64,000 nt of DNA, from contig CM059446.1 of assembly GCA_030390025.1 (NCBI GenBank), positions 54,808,001-54,872,000 on the forward strand, read 5' to 3'. The stretch is from Squalus acanthias (taxonomy: Eukaryota). The translations under genes and the position numbers were made by a program. Of the stretch, positions 12,323-24,435 are shown piece by piece (within the stretch, counting starts at the first letter, position 1; each line of letters starts with the position of its first letter). The notes under the pieces are model-generated. The model made no database searches, had not been told where the DNA came from, and saw only the letters and a program-made list of their open reading frames with translations.

Positions 12323-14231
12323 GTGGATACAGTTCCACTGATGCCAACTGCTGTCTGGTTCCTGGATCAGTTGCCTCTCTTTTTTTCAAGTGAGCCTAGA
12401 GTGTTTGGGGTGGTTCTTGGTTTCTTTCTTTCTTCCCTCCCCCACCCCGGAGCAGAAACCCAGTCTCTCACTCACCCTCCAGGAGCAGGAACCCTGGCTC
12501 TCGCTCTCTCCCGCTCCGAGGTGCTGAGGTCAATTTCAACATCCATCTGGCAGCCCACCTGAGATCAAAGTAGCTCCGCACTGACTGGGGGTGGAACTTG
12601 TGACTTTCCTGGTCTGTGCGACTCCATCACTGAACGGCACTGGGTGGTTAGTCTCGACTCGGCCTGCGGTGGAACTGCAGAACGTTTGTGCACCATTTTC
12701 TCCCTCCCCCCTGTGACATCATCAGTGGGGCAGTGGTTTGTGGGTATCATTCCCCATTGATGATGTCATACGAGGGAGGAGTTCTATACAAAATGTCTGC
12801 TTCAAGGCTGTCTCTAACCATCATAACTAAGACTAACAGAGCATGATGGAGAAAGCAGTAAGTGGATATGTCCAATTCACTTCAGTAAATCTTAATTTAA
12901 CATATAAGAATAGTTTAGGAACAGCTTTCTGTTTGTTCTGGTTTTGGGGAGGGGGAAAAGTGCTTTGCTTGGATACTATTTTTTGACTTTAATTTAAAGC
13001 CACCTTCTTGTAGATTGATGATGGAAATTTCAGCCCACAAGAGCCTACTTGGCCCTTTGTTAACTCCCTGCTGGAGCTCTCTAATCCCACTTCCCTGCTC
13101 TTTCAAAATTTTCACTCAAGTTGTTTATCTACTTTTTCTCTCTAACTGACTTGTCTTCATGGTAATGCATTCCATGTTCTTGCCTCACTTTGTCTAACTT
13201 GTACATCTGCATCGTACCAAAGGGCTGCAAGCTGGAGAGTCAAAACTGGAGGGGAAACAATTGCACTACAGCTGTAATTATACAACAAAAATGACTTTTG
13301 TTTGGGTCTTAGGAGCTTGCTGTGTATAGATACTGGGGTGTTGAGGTGGAGCATTGTAGGTGGGGATGCTCCCCTTTCACTTGGGAGGGGGGAGGAATGC
13401 AGCTGTGCACCAGCTGTATAAAGGCCTGCTCTCTCACTGATTGCTTAAATGGCTCGTTGATGTTGGCCAGTCTCAATCCAGGTCCCAAATGGGCCTCAGC
13501 ATATCCAGCTTCCAACTAGCAAGAAGCAAACTCTCTCTTATCTTCCCCCCCGCCCCAATTTTCTCCCCTCTCCTCCTTTCCTGAAGGCATGGATTCTTGC
13601 TAGGGTTTGGTCCCACAGGAACATAAGAAAAAGGAGCAGGAGTAGGTCATTTGGCCTCTCGAGCCTGCTCCGCCATTCAATCTGATCTGATCTTGGCCTC
13701 AACTCCACTTTCCTGCCCGCTGCCCATATAACCTTTGATTCCCCTGTTTTACAAAAATCTGTCTACGCCTTGAATATATTCACTGACTCCGCCTCTGCAG
13801 CTTTCTGAGGTAGGAATGGGCGTCCCTCTTGTACCTCACTTGGTGTCCATTTAGTTCCTTGTGCGAGCCCTTTTATTGTGACACCCTGTATTGAGGAAGT
13901 GTTGCACGCTTAGAGGCTGCTCTTCGGATGAGGCCTGAAGGTCCCCACCTGCCTCAGGTGATTGTTAAAGATCCCATGGCAGTATTCGAAGAACAGGGGA
14001 GTTCATCCAGTGTCCTGGCCAACGTTTGTCTCTCGGCCAACACTGCTGGGGGGGGGGAAACTTATTAATTGATTGGCCGTTTGTCTTATTGCTGCTTGCT
14101 GTGCACAAAATGGCTGCCACGCCAGCCTACATAACAGCCGTTGACCGTCAAAGTAATTCATTGCATGTGAAGAGCTTTGAGGTGTTAGTGAGGGACGTGA
14201 TAATGTGCTGCATTAATGCAAAGCTTCCTTG

Positions 14232-14697
14232 GGTGTCAGCTGTGGCTCAGTGGGTACCGCTCTCACTTCTGAGTCAGACGGTTGCGTGTTCAAGTCCCAC
14301 TCCAGAGACTCGAGCACACATCCGGGCTGACACTCCAGTGCAGTGCTGAGGGAGTACTGCCCTGTCGCAGGTGTCGTCTTTCAGATGAGACGTTAAACCA
14401 AGGCCCCATCCACCCTCTCAGGTAGACGTAAAAGATCCCATGGCACTATTCAAAGAAGAGCAGGGGAGTTCCCCCTGGGGTCCTAGCCAATATTTATCCC
14501 TGAAACAACACCTATAAACAGATGATCTGGTCATTATCACATTGCTGTTTGTGGGAGCTTGCTGTGCGCAAATTGGCTGCCAAGTTTCCTCTACACTACA
14601 ACAGTGATCACACTACAAAAGTACTTCATTGGCTGTAAAGCGCTTTGGAAAGTCCTGAGGGTGCGAAATCCGCTATAGAAATGCAAGTTATTTCTTT
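14232..14697 (+). mobile_element. DeuSINE, full length
   Basis: A-box TGGCTCAGTGGG, B-box GTTCAAGTCC, core and tail. An older copy lies immediately upstream at ~13885-14225. Confidence 0.88.
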
Positions 14698-15154
14698 ACC
14701 ATCCCAACCCACCGCCCCGCGCCTTTTTTGTTTTGATAGTTCCGTGTGCTTTCATGTTGTTGGACCTATGATTTAATTGCTGTGCTGTCTTTTTTTTTTC
14801 CGCTCTGTTCTAAAAATTAATTGAAGGCTTACAAAACTGGTAGTATCGGTTTCGAACTGAGTGCTGTAATTATTGATTTCAAACAAGTTCTTTAGGTGGG
14901 TGAGTCATCAGCGTGCCTGGCCACATTTGGGTAATTGGTTTCTAAGAATTTCTAATACTCCTGAGCTGTGGTTTTGCATGTTTTACTAGTTACGGACCTG
15001 CCCTGACTGGTACACAGACGTTGCTGCCTGCGTCGAATGTGCCGAGGCACAGGGTTTCTTGTTGTGTTCTGTTGGTTGCATTGCTGTCTCTTTGCAGCAA
15101 TTTTTAAATCTTTAGTTTAAAAAAAAAAAATCCACTAATCTCAGTAGTTCAGTT

Positions 15155-15490
15155 TGAGCCAGGCAGACCCTGGAAGGCCCCCAGTTTCATTCCAGGTCTG
15201 TACCGAGTTGGCTGGTCCCAGCTGGGGGTGACACTAGGGAATGATACCATGTCTCTGGAGCCTAAAAATCATCAGCCAGCATTCCCGCTCCTGATTGCTA
15301 CCCCTCTGACCCCCTCCAGCCAGATGCGTGTGGGTGGACGTTGGCTGAAGACAGGTTTGCAGTGGGTGGTGATGCTCCCCCACTGTTCAATAGCCTGATG
15401 ACGATCTGCCTCACTATGATGGACGGCACTTGCGTGCGGTTAATTCGGGCTCCAGCAACCGTACACTGGAGGGAAAATGGTGCCTTTAGG
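15155..15490 (+). mobile_element. Old dispersed SINE-like family C
   Basis: Shared blocks (ggtctgt.c.gagtt.gctg.tc.cagc; ttcc.gctcctgat.gc; gac.t.gg.tga.gacagg; cacttgg) recur at ~10460-10740, 32640-32870 (-), 56150-56420 and 60700-60920. Confidence 0.5.
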
Positions 15491-15816
15491 GGAATGAGCT
15501 CCATTGGAAATGTTTACAATTGCTTTCCACAAATAATTGAACATGAAGATGGATACAGATGGGGCAGGCCACTCGGCCCATCATAGCTTGTCCATCCAGA
15601 AAGGACCATACGGTCTCCCTCATTGCATTCAACGTTTTTTTTTCATACACTACCTGGCGTGTTGATCACTCTGTGAAGTGAGAGTTCCTGACCTCAGTCC
15701 TAACTTTGCCATTCACTACTTTCAACCTGTGCCCCCCCCCCCCCCCAGTCACACTCTCCCAGTGACAGATTTGCTATTGAGTATTTCGGATGAATTTGCC
15801 AATTGGTTTGCTGAAC

Positions 15817-15870
15817 AATAAATTATTTTCAAATGATTTGTTTTCTTGTGTTATCTGTGTTGATTTTTAC
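15817..15870 (+). terminator. Candidate AEN polyadenylation signal
   Basis: AATAAA at 15817-15822 followed by a U/GU-rich tract (gatttgttttcttgtgttatctgtgttgattttt). It is the first canonical hexamer I found after the AEN stop. Confidence 0.4.
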
Positions 15871-16486
15871 CGTGTGCCGTCTTTGTTATACCAGCCAGAA
15901 AGGTGCGCCTCCATTGGCGCCTCGGACACAACGCGCTCACGGGTGCAAAGAGCTGCCACTGAAGACAGTGTGAAACCTGGGCCGTGAGCCCTATTGGCAT
16001 CACATGCCAGCCTACATCAGGCCAGGCAGCACAAGGAAAGTGGAGCTTGTGGCTCTTGGTTTGAGGCTACAGGTAGCACAAAGCAACCCTCGCCCAGTAA
16101 AATAGCCGATTCCTATGTAGCACCTCCTCATATCTCAAAGTACTTCACAATGAATGACTTTGATGTGCAGTGACTGTTGTGCAGGCAAAAAACACTTTAC
16201 ACCCAATGATGTACCTATGAAGTGTAGTCCACGTGTTTTGTCTGCATCTGAACTGAGATGGGTGGTTTGAATGTTGGTGTGTTCCGCTGTTGCTGGCTCG
16301 CTGACAGTTGCGTTTTCTGCTACGGGCTCCTGGTTTGAGGCTGTCTTAGCTTGGGACCAATTGGGTATTCTAGGGAGCGGAGACTTGTGGGATTTGTGGC
16401 CATTGTCTAGAATTGTTTGGCGCTCCAAGCTGTTGGTGTTCTGAGTAATTTAAATGTTTTCACCATCCCTAATGATTTCACCATGA

Positions 16487-16870
16487 CAAAAATCCAGGCT
16501 GACACTCCACTGTAGTACTGAGGGAGCGCTGCACTGGTGGAAGTGCCGTCTTTCAGATGAGACGTTAAAACCGAGGCCCCGTCTGCTCTTTCAGGTGGAC
16601 GTAAAAGATCCCATGGCACTATTTCGAAGAGCAGAGGAGTTTTCCCCGATGTCCCGGCCAATATTTATCCCTCAATCAACATCACTAAAACAGATTATCT
16701 GGTCATTATCACATTGCTGTTTGTGGGAGCTTGCTGTGCGCAAATTAGCTGCTGCGTTTTCCTACATTACGACAGTGACTACACTTCAAAAAGTACTTAA
16801 TTGGCTGTAAAGTGCTTTGGGACGTCCTGTGGTCATGAAAAGGCGTTATAGAAAGGAAATTCTTCTTTCT
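16487..16870 (+). mobile_element. DeuSINE, 5'-truncated
   Basis: Same core and tail as 14232-14697. Confidence 0.85.
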
Positions 16871-18354
16871 CCCAGGGCGGGCATATAATCACTCTGCCCA
16901 ACAACGTCCTTCAGTCAAGCGTCCCCCTACTGCAGTACCCAGTGTGACAGTTTTTCCATTTCCCACGTCTGCCACTTTGTGATGCCTCTGTGATCGCCAA
17001 TTTACCATCATAAATTGGGGGGCTGCCAGCTGGTGGGACGAGTTAGACACTGGGTCTTCACCTCTAGGACATCAAATCCAATCCAGCCAATGTCATGGGC
17101 GTCTTCTCTCTCCACTGGCTGTACGTGCCCATTGTGAAATGTGTTATGCTGTAGGCCCTCGCCAGTTAGTAACTGGATTAAAGCTGCCCCAAATTCATTT
17201 CACAATGGACTCTTTCAGCCAGTGGAAAGGAGGCTTTTTAGCCGAGTGAGTTTGGGTTTGACTTGATTTTAGATCCCAAAGGTGAAAATCCAGTTTAGGA
17301 ATATAGGAACAGGAGTAGGCCATTCAGCCCCTCGAGCCTGTTCCGCTATTTAATAAGATCATGGCTGATCTGTACCTCAACCTCATTTACCCATCTTTGC
17401 TCTGTATCCCTTGATACCCTTATCTAATAAAAATCTATCGACCTCAGTCTTGAAAGTCAATTGACTCCGTACCCTCAGTCTTTTGGGGAGAGTTCAAGAT
17501 TTCCACTACCCTTTGTGTGGAAAAAGTGCTTTCTGATTTCACTCCTGAATGGCCTAGATCTCATTTTAAATCGTGCCCCCTTGTTCCGGATTCCCCCACC
17601 AGAGGAAATAGTTTACCCCATCGAATCCTTTCATCATTTTAAATATCTCGATTGGGTCACGCCCTCAACCTTTAACCCATTGAACTGCCCAAGCATTCCT
17701 CACACCCAATTTCTGATGGGGTTTTTTTTTTTGTCATTTGAAAGGGCATGGGAGCCGAGTGGTTATGGTAGTGAGCCAGCAACCCAGAGGTCGAGAGTTC
17801 AAATCCCAGTGTGGCAAATTAGGAAGTTGGAATTTAGTAAATTGGGTAGTTTGTGGGATTGAACTGAAAGAACGACCGTGGAGGTGACTGGATTATTTGT
17901 GGTAAACGGGTGATAATTAGTGTTAAATAAGAGCTCAAATGTTGGCACTTTCATGCTGGAGCATGTCAGATCATATTAGACATTGACTGGCACAGCAAGA
18001 TATGTGGCAGTATCACTGCACTGCATTGCACCACCCAATCAGCAGCTGGCACTGATAGTATTTTCAGATAAATGGTTAAACTTGGCACATTGCAGCTGGA
18101 AACCCATCAACAGCTGGTTCTAGTCCAATAAACGTCAGTGACCTTGTCATTTTAATCTATTGAGGACAGTTTGTACAGATAGTAAAGGAAGATAAGTTGC
18201 ATCAGCTTTATATTTGCTTAGCCCAGAAATGAAAATCCTCAGCTTTTGGCTCCACTCTGAGCTCCGCTGTCGTCTCATCCATCACCACCTCCACCTCTCC
18301 TCCTCGGCCACCAAAACCATAATCCATGCTTTTATCGCCTTGTGGTTTTATCGG

Positions 18355-18852
18355 CTGCCCATGTCCTAACTCGCACCAAGTCCCGTTCGCCCATCCCCCT
18401 CCTGTGCTCGTTGACCTACATTGGCTCCCAGTTAAGCAACGCCTCGATTTCAAAATTCTCATCCTTGTTTTCAAATCCCTCCATGGCCTCGCCCCTTTCC
18501 TATCTCTGTAATCTCCTTCAGCCCCACAACCCCCCCCCAAGATATCTGCTCTCCTCGAATTCTGCCCTCTTGAGCATCCCTGATTATAATCGTTCAACCA
18601 TTGGTGGCCATGCCTTCTGTTCCCTAGGCCCTAAGCTCTGGAATTCCCTGCCTAAACCTGTCCGCCTCGCTACCTCTCTTTCCTCCTTTAAGACGCTCCT
18701 TAAAACCTGCCTCTTTGACCAAGCTTTTGGTCACCTGCCCTAATTTCTCCTTATGTGGCTCGGTGTCAAATTTTTTGTCTTATAACTCTCCTGTGAAGCG
18801 CCTTGGGATGTTTTACTACGTTAAAGGTGCTATATAAATACAAGTTGTTGTT
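18355..18852 (+). mobile_element. L2 LINE 3' fragment
   Basis: Encodes PVLVDLHWLPVKQRLDFKILILVFKSLHGLAP...GGHAFCSLGPKLWNSLP..SFKTLLKT. Tail gctatataaatacaagttgttgttg. Confidence 0.88.
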
Positions 18853-19919
18853 GTGGTTGGATTTCTCCATCACCCTCTTTGCTCCCTGACTCTACCATTC
18901 ATCAAGGACAAATCATCCAGAATGCCACAGCCATGTCCATCCGCATTACCCCAGTCCTCACCAAGATCCACTGACTTCCTGTACTCCAGAGAAAATTGCC
19001 AATCTCACCATAACTTCAACCTCCCTCTCCTCCCTCTCTCCTTAATTCTTTCCAGCCCTATCTCCCTGTGCATGCACGCCCAGTACTCAACACTGGCCCA
19101 CTTCTCCATCTCTACTGAATCATAAGCAAACCATAATAAACTTATAGAAATGTAAGTCATGCAAAAATGAATATCTGCAGAACAGAGAATCACAGATACC
19201 CAGGGGTGAGCTACGGGCTGGAATCTACTCAAGGACTTTAGATAGTTTACATAGAGAACAACAGATAGCCAGGAGTGAATTAGCGGCTGGCATTTAATGG
19301 ATGGGTTATACATAGAATAACAAGTGTGAAAAAAATAAGAGTATAACGAGTGTGAAAAAAAATAAGAGTATATTTTCTCCACATAATTTACTCTTAATTC
19401 AAAGTTGATTGTTCAAATGATCTGATTCAATTTTTAAACTACAAAATTCCCACTCTGCTATGTTATTTGCGTTGCTTAATTCAAATGCTTGGATAATTCA
19501 ATTAGTTTAGTGCAAAAAATGAGTTCCAATTATCAGGAGTAGTGCAGAGAAACTTTCTCCAAAGTACTATGTTTCTTAGATTAGATAAGATTTCTTTGGA
19601 GAAAAGCACAACTTCAAACTGGCTTCTCCAACTACATGTGGGGAACTGGCTACTATTCTTGTGGCAGTACATGAAGTGGATGAGAAGACGACGGTTAAGA
19701 TAATGTTGTTGATTACTACTGGATCTTTAACAGTTAGGTCAAAGCTATAATTAACTGGTATCTCAAAAGTACCCAATCTTTCTACGCCTCCAACCCAGTG
19801 AAATACAGTCTCTGCTTTGAGAGTACCAGGACTGAGGTGCTTTCTTGGACAAGTGCTAGAAACAGTTACCGTATAGGAATGGGCTGTTAAAACATGACGA
19901 TGTGATCAGGGTAGCTTAA

Positions 19920-20227
19920 AAAAGACTTGCATTTATATAGCACATTTCACAACCTCAGGACGTCCCAAAGCGTTTTACAGCGAAGTACTTTTGAAGTGTA
20001 GTCACTGTTGTAATACAGGAAACGTGGCAGCCGATTTTTGCACAGCCAGCTTCCACAAACAGCAAAGTGATAATGACCAGATCATCATCTGTTTTAGTGA
20101 CGCTGACTGAGGGATAAATATTGGTCAGGACACCTCCCCTGCTCATCTATGAAAAGGTGCCATGGGATCTTTTACGCCCACCTGAGAGGGTAGACGGGGC
20201 CTCGGGGTAACGTCTCATCCGAAAGAG
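19920..20227 (-). mobile_element. DeuSINE fragment
   Basis: Reverse complement of the SINE tail and core. Confidence 0.8.
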
Positions 20228-21229
20228 GTGGCCATTGGCATGGTTTGTGTATTGTTGAGCTGGCTGTTTCTTGTCCAAGTAACTCATAGTTCTCAAAGGT
20301 GCTACTGTATTTCAAAGGGTAGAAAGATTGGACAATGTTGATAAGCCAGTTAGTTATAGTTTTGGCCAAGGAGGCGAGACACAATAAGCCACATAATTCT
20401 GTGCAAGATTCTAATCTAAGCATCAGGCTGCTGCTTCTGAGAACTGAAGAACATTTATTTGAAAGACCTGAACGAACGCCCTTCAAAGGAACTTAATTGA
20501 TTTGGTTTGTTTGTGTAACCCTTTCATCAACTGGTCCAAAGCTGCCGTGGTATTTGGATTGACTCTTAACAATGTGCTGTTATTACTTGCTACTGTAAAT
20601 GACTATTGGTGAATAAACCTATATAGTGGTTTTCATTTACTACGAAAGTGTCTGGCCTGACTAAGCATCCTCTGAAGCGATGGGAGGTGTGTAGTGGCAA
20701 TTCTGCTTGTAATCCAGAGACAATAAGTGGATCTCTTGGCCCAGGACTCGCTGTCCCAGATGATGTTCCGCCCACAATGTTGTGTTTCAATTCAGAGGAA
20801 GCGTGGGCTGGCCTATGGCAATTCTCTTGTGTGTTGGGCATGAAGGAACATGACTTGGAGAAACCCTAAATCGTAATCCAGGAGTGAGTGACAGACTGGA
20901 ACCGAATCAAGGGGTTTGGATGATTTATATGTAGAATAATGAGTGTCTGAGAGCCAGTTAAAGATTGGAATTGAATTGATGGGCTCAGATTATGTCACTT
21001 TTTATTGTTACTGATGAATCTTCAATGGCATTGCTGATGGTAAGTTGAGGATTGCACTCTTTTATAAAGAGCAATAAATCGTTTCACCTATTAATCTGCT
21101 GCTACAGTCCAGTTTAGTGTAATCTGATGTACCCCTTTAAAATCAAAAGGTCTAATTGGCAATGTCTTTCTGAGGTCAGCTAGAGGCCAATTGCTCTTTG
21201 GCAGATCCTGAGGTCAACTCAAGATCAGA

Positions 21230-22060
21230 GGTAGAGAGGGGCAAGGGAGCAGAGGGATTTGAAGCCGAGGCTGAGAATCTTACTGTCCATTCTCTAGCAC
21301 CCAGAAAGCTCTGCAAGGACAGGGGTCTCGGCGGGACAGGGTGCAGCATTTTGGATGACTCACGGCTTACGAATGGTAGAAGGAAGCAAGGCGAGCGTTG
21401 GGGAAATCCGGCCACGAGCTGATCAACGTGCAGATGAGGGACTTGGCGGTGGAGGCCAAGATGTGGGAGGCGAGACAGTCGATGTTACAGATGGTTTTAT
21501 TCACCAATCAGACGTGAGGGAGGAATCTGAGCACAAGGTTGAGCAAAATGGGGACTTTCCGCATCTCTGGGCTGAGTCTTTGATGGCAGCTGGGGAGGGA
21601 GGTAGAGAGGAGGCCAGAGGAGCCGAGGTGTTTCTGGGAGCCCAAGAGGACTGCTTCAGTTAATCTTCAGGAAATCTTGGCTCATCCAGGTCTTGGGTCA
21701 GACAGGCAGCTGGAGATGGTGTCAACAGCTGAGGGGTCGATGAGAGGAGATGGTGAAGTAGAGCTCGGTGTCACCAGCTTCCATGTGAAAGCTGGCCCCG
21801 TGCTTCCATTAACATGGCCGAGGGGCGGCTGAAGAGGGAGGGGCCGAGGATGGAACCCCGGGGTACACCAGAGGTAACTGTGGCGGGATGGGAGGAGAAA
21901 GGAACCATTTGAGGCTGTGTAACGTCTATGGTGTGACGAGTAAGAGTGGAACAGGTTGTGAGCAGGGCCACTCGCGTGAGTTGTGCAGAAGAGCCCATTT
22001 GAGGATGATAGAGCCTTCAACAGACTCAAAGGCAACAGAGAGGTGGAGGGAGCATAGATT
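21230..22060 (-). mobile_element. Old L2-like RT relic
   Basis: Encodes TVTSGVPRGSILGPSLFS and LSVAFESV (DLSAAFDTV-like). Heavily decayed. Confidence 0.6.
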
Positions 22061-22639
22061 GGACAGGAAGCTTGGCTGATTAATCCTGCTCGTCCCCTTC
22101 ACCAAACAATAGACTGGGGACATTAAGCCCAATTGTGATGTCCCCACCATTACCCCAGCTGAGATGAGTTACCACATAGGAACAGGAGTAAACCATTGAG
22201 CCTCTCAAGCCTGTTCCGCCAATCAATTAGATCATGGCTGATCTGTATCTTAGCTCAATTGCTTCTGTAACCCTTGCCTAACAAAAATCTATCAATCTCA
22301 GTTTCGACATTTTCAACTGACCCCCCAGTCTCAACAGCTTTTTGTAGGAGACAGTTCCAGATTTCCACTACCCTTTGTGTGAAGAAGTGCTTCCTGACAT
22401 CACCCCTGAATGGCCTGGCTCTAATTTTAAGGTTATGCACCCCACCCCCCGCTTGTCCTGGACTCTCCCCCCAGAGCTCAGCACAGACCAGGGATAGAAC
22501 TTGGGACCATCCCAGTGTCTGAAATTCTTCACTATTTTTACTGCGCTGGTGTTAAATTCCTGTGTGTGAATCAGCTGGTAAAAATTGTGCCCAAGGGGGA
22601 ATTTTGACTTGAGGTGGTGTTAATCAGTAAACTAGTAAT

Positions 22640-23580
22640 AGCACACAAAGTGACGTTAGCTCTCTGGCCTGCGTGACTCAGTCATAGTACTAAGTGGTGC
22701 ATTTAACAAATGAGATGTCAAGGGAGCCGGATGTCGAGCGTACTTAATCATTAAAAAGCAAACAGGCTATAAATGTAACAGGAAGAAAATGGGTTTGAAA
22801 TGTTTTTGAGGTAAAGAGGAAGGATTTTTTTTTAAAAAGCACACAGGCTGAAATACAAACAGAAAGTGCTGCAAGTACATAGCAGGCCGGCTGGTTCTTG
22901 GAATTGGAAAGATAAGGTTTCGTTTTAGGGCAGGGGCCCTTCTTCAGAACCCCAATGTTCTAAGCAAGAATACGCCCAAACTTATCTTCCTCTTTTCAGC
23001 GTTTCTGGCACTCGCTGTATGACCTAAATGGGTGTGCGAGCGTGCTTGTGCGCGTGTGTGTGTGCGTGTGTCACTAATCGCAGACCACAGGGGGAAAGCT
23101 AATGAGCTCGAGGAGGAAGGGGATGCTAATTAGACTCACGAGCAAGAAGAAGGCGACCGAGGTGGGTGTTTGTGAGCTGGATTTGGGTGCCAACCTTCCA
23201 GGGAGTGACTCAGCAGAAAGGATCTGGTGCTGTGCAACAAAAAAACATTTTTGTGGTAGAATTTTCTGCACGTGACCATACCATGGCAAGCCAACATAAC
23301 AATAAGCAAACAAGACAACAGCGTAACCATGGGCACTGTTAAGGTGTGGGTGTACGTAGGCTCTGTTGCTGATTCGCCGTAACTTTGTCCTGGCACAGAG
23401 CAGGAAATGGCGACATAAGGCTCAAAGCTGCTCTGTTGAAATTGCATTTTGTTTTTTTTGTTTTTTTTGCCTGCAGGCAAGTATTCAGTACAACGGTGAC
23501 GCCCTCTAACGAAACTAGCTGGGTGAGGAAAGAGAAGTGTATAAAAAAGAAAAGGAGAGTTGCTGTTTCGGTTTGAGTTG
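22640..23580 (+). promoter_or_regulatory. Candidate ISG20 regulatory region
   Basis: AP-1 TGACTCA (~22675), TATAAAT (~22769), ISRE-like GGTTTCGTTTT (22916), ARE/MARE GTGACTCAGCA (23205-23215), E-box CACGTG (~23268) and ISRE-like GTTTCGGTTTG (~23565). TSS not determined. Confidence 0.3.
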
Positions 23581-23622
23581 GCTGCAGTTTGCAAGGAAAC
23601 CGGTCGTCTTACGGACTGAAAG

Positions 23623-23853
23623 ATGGTGGATCCTTCAAGGTACGTTGCCATTGATTGCGAGATGGTGGGACTTGGCCCCAACGGCTTTGAGAGTGGTCTG
23701 GCGCGGTGCAGCATTGTGGACTACAGCGGAACAGTGATCTATGACAAATTTATTAAACCAGATGGGACGATAACTGATTTCAGGACCCCAGTGAGTGGGA
23801 TTCGTCCGTTAGATATGGATACTGCTTTGCCTTATCCTATCGCCAGGGAGGAG
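23623..23853 (+). CDS. ISG20: ISG20 (interferon-stimulated 20 kDa exonuclease) first coding exon
   Basis: aaagATGG Kozak context with an in-frame TGA 6 nt upstream. [60 protein letters not shown]... has no N-terminal extension and matches ISG20 (GLGP..ESGLARCS, YDKFI, VSG). Donor GAG|GTAAGC. Strong upstream acceptor (T)n-gcctgcag ends at 23476. Confidence 0.9.
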
Positions 23854-24000
23854 GTAAGCGTCACCTTTCCACATATTTAAACAGTGTACTAGTTACGATG
23901 TTGTGATTCTACAGCGCAGCCTTTCCTACTGCTTACAGCTTCCTTTCTTAAAGGGAAATCACTCTCTAAACAAATACGTAACTAGGATCCACTTTATTGA

Positions 24001-24435
24001 AAGAAAGACTTGCATTTCTATAGTGCCTTTCACAACCTCAGGATGTCCCCAAGTGCTTTACAGCCAATGAAGGACTTTTGAAGTGTAGTCACTGTTGTAA
24101 TGTAGGAAACACAGCAGCCAATTGCACACAGCAAGCTCCCACCAACAGCAATGAGTTAAATAACCAGATAATCTGTTTTTGTGATGTTGATTTGAGGGAT
24201 GAATATTGGGCAGAACACCAGGGAGAACTCCCCTGCTGTTTTTCGAAATGGTGCCATGGGACCTTTTACATCCACCTGAGAGCGCAAACAGGGCCTCGGT
24301 TTAACGTCTCATCCTAAAGATGGAAACTCCAGCGGTGCAGCACTGTAGTGTCGTTCAAGTGTCTGGAGTGGGACTTGAACCCACAACCTTCTGACTCAGA
24401 GGCAAGAGTGCTACTAACTGAGCCGTGGCTGACAC
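24001..24435 (-). mobile_element. DeuSINE, near full length
   Basis: Reverse complement from the tail to the tRNA-like head (gggacttgaaccc...ctgagccgtggctgacac). Confidence 0.85.

Noticed and set aside
14232-14310. tRNA genes at SINE heads (also 50082 and 24360-24435)
   Set aside because: The A/B boxes run directly into SINE bodies and there is no complete cloverleaf.
19553-19606. Pre-miRNA hairpin (miR-7-2 neighbours AEN in mammals)
   Set aside because: The stem is only about 10 bp, and I saw no miR-7 mature sequence in the window.
23136-23714. 192-aa antisense ORF over the ISG20 start
   Set aside because: No recognisable domain, it runs through a low-complexity acceptor tract, and it is likely a shadow ORF.
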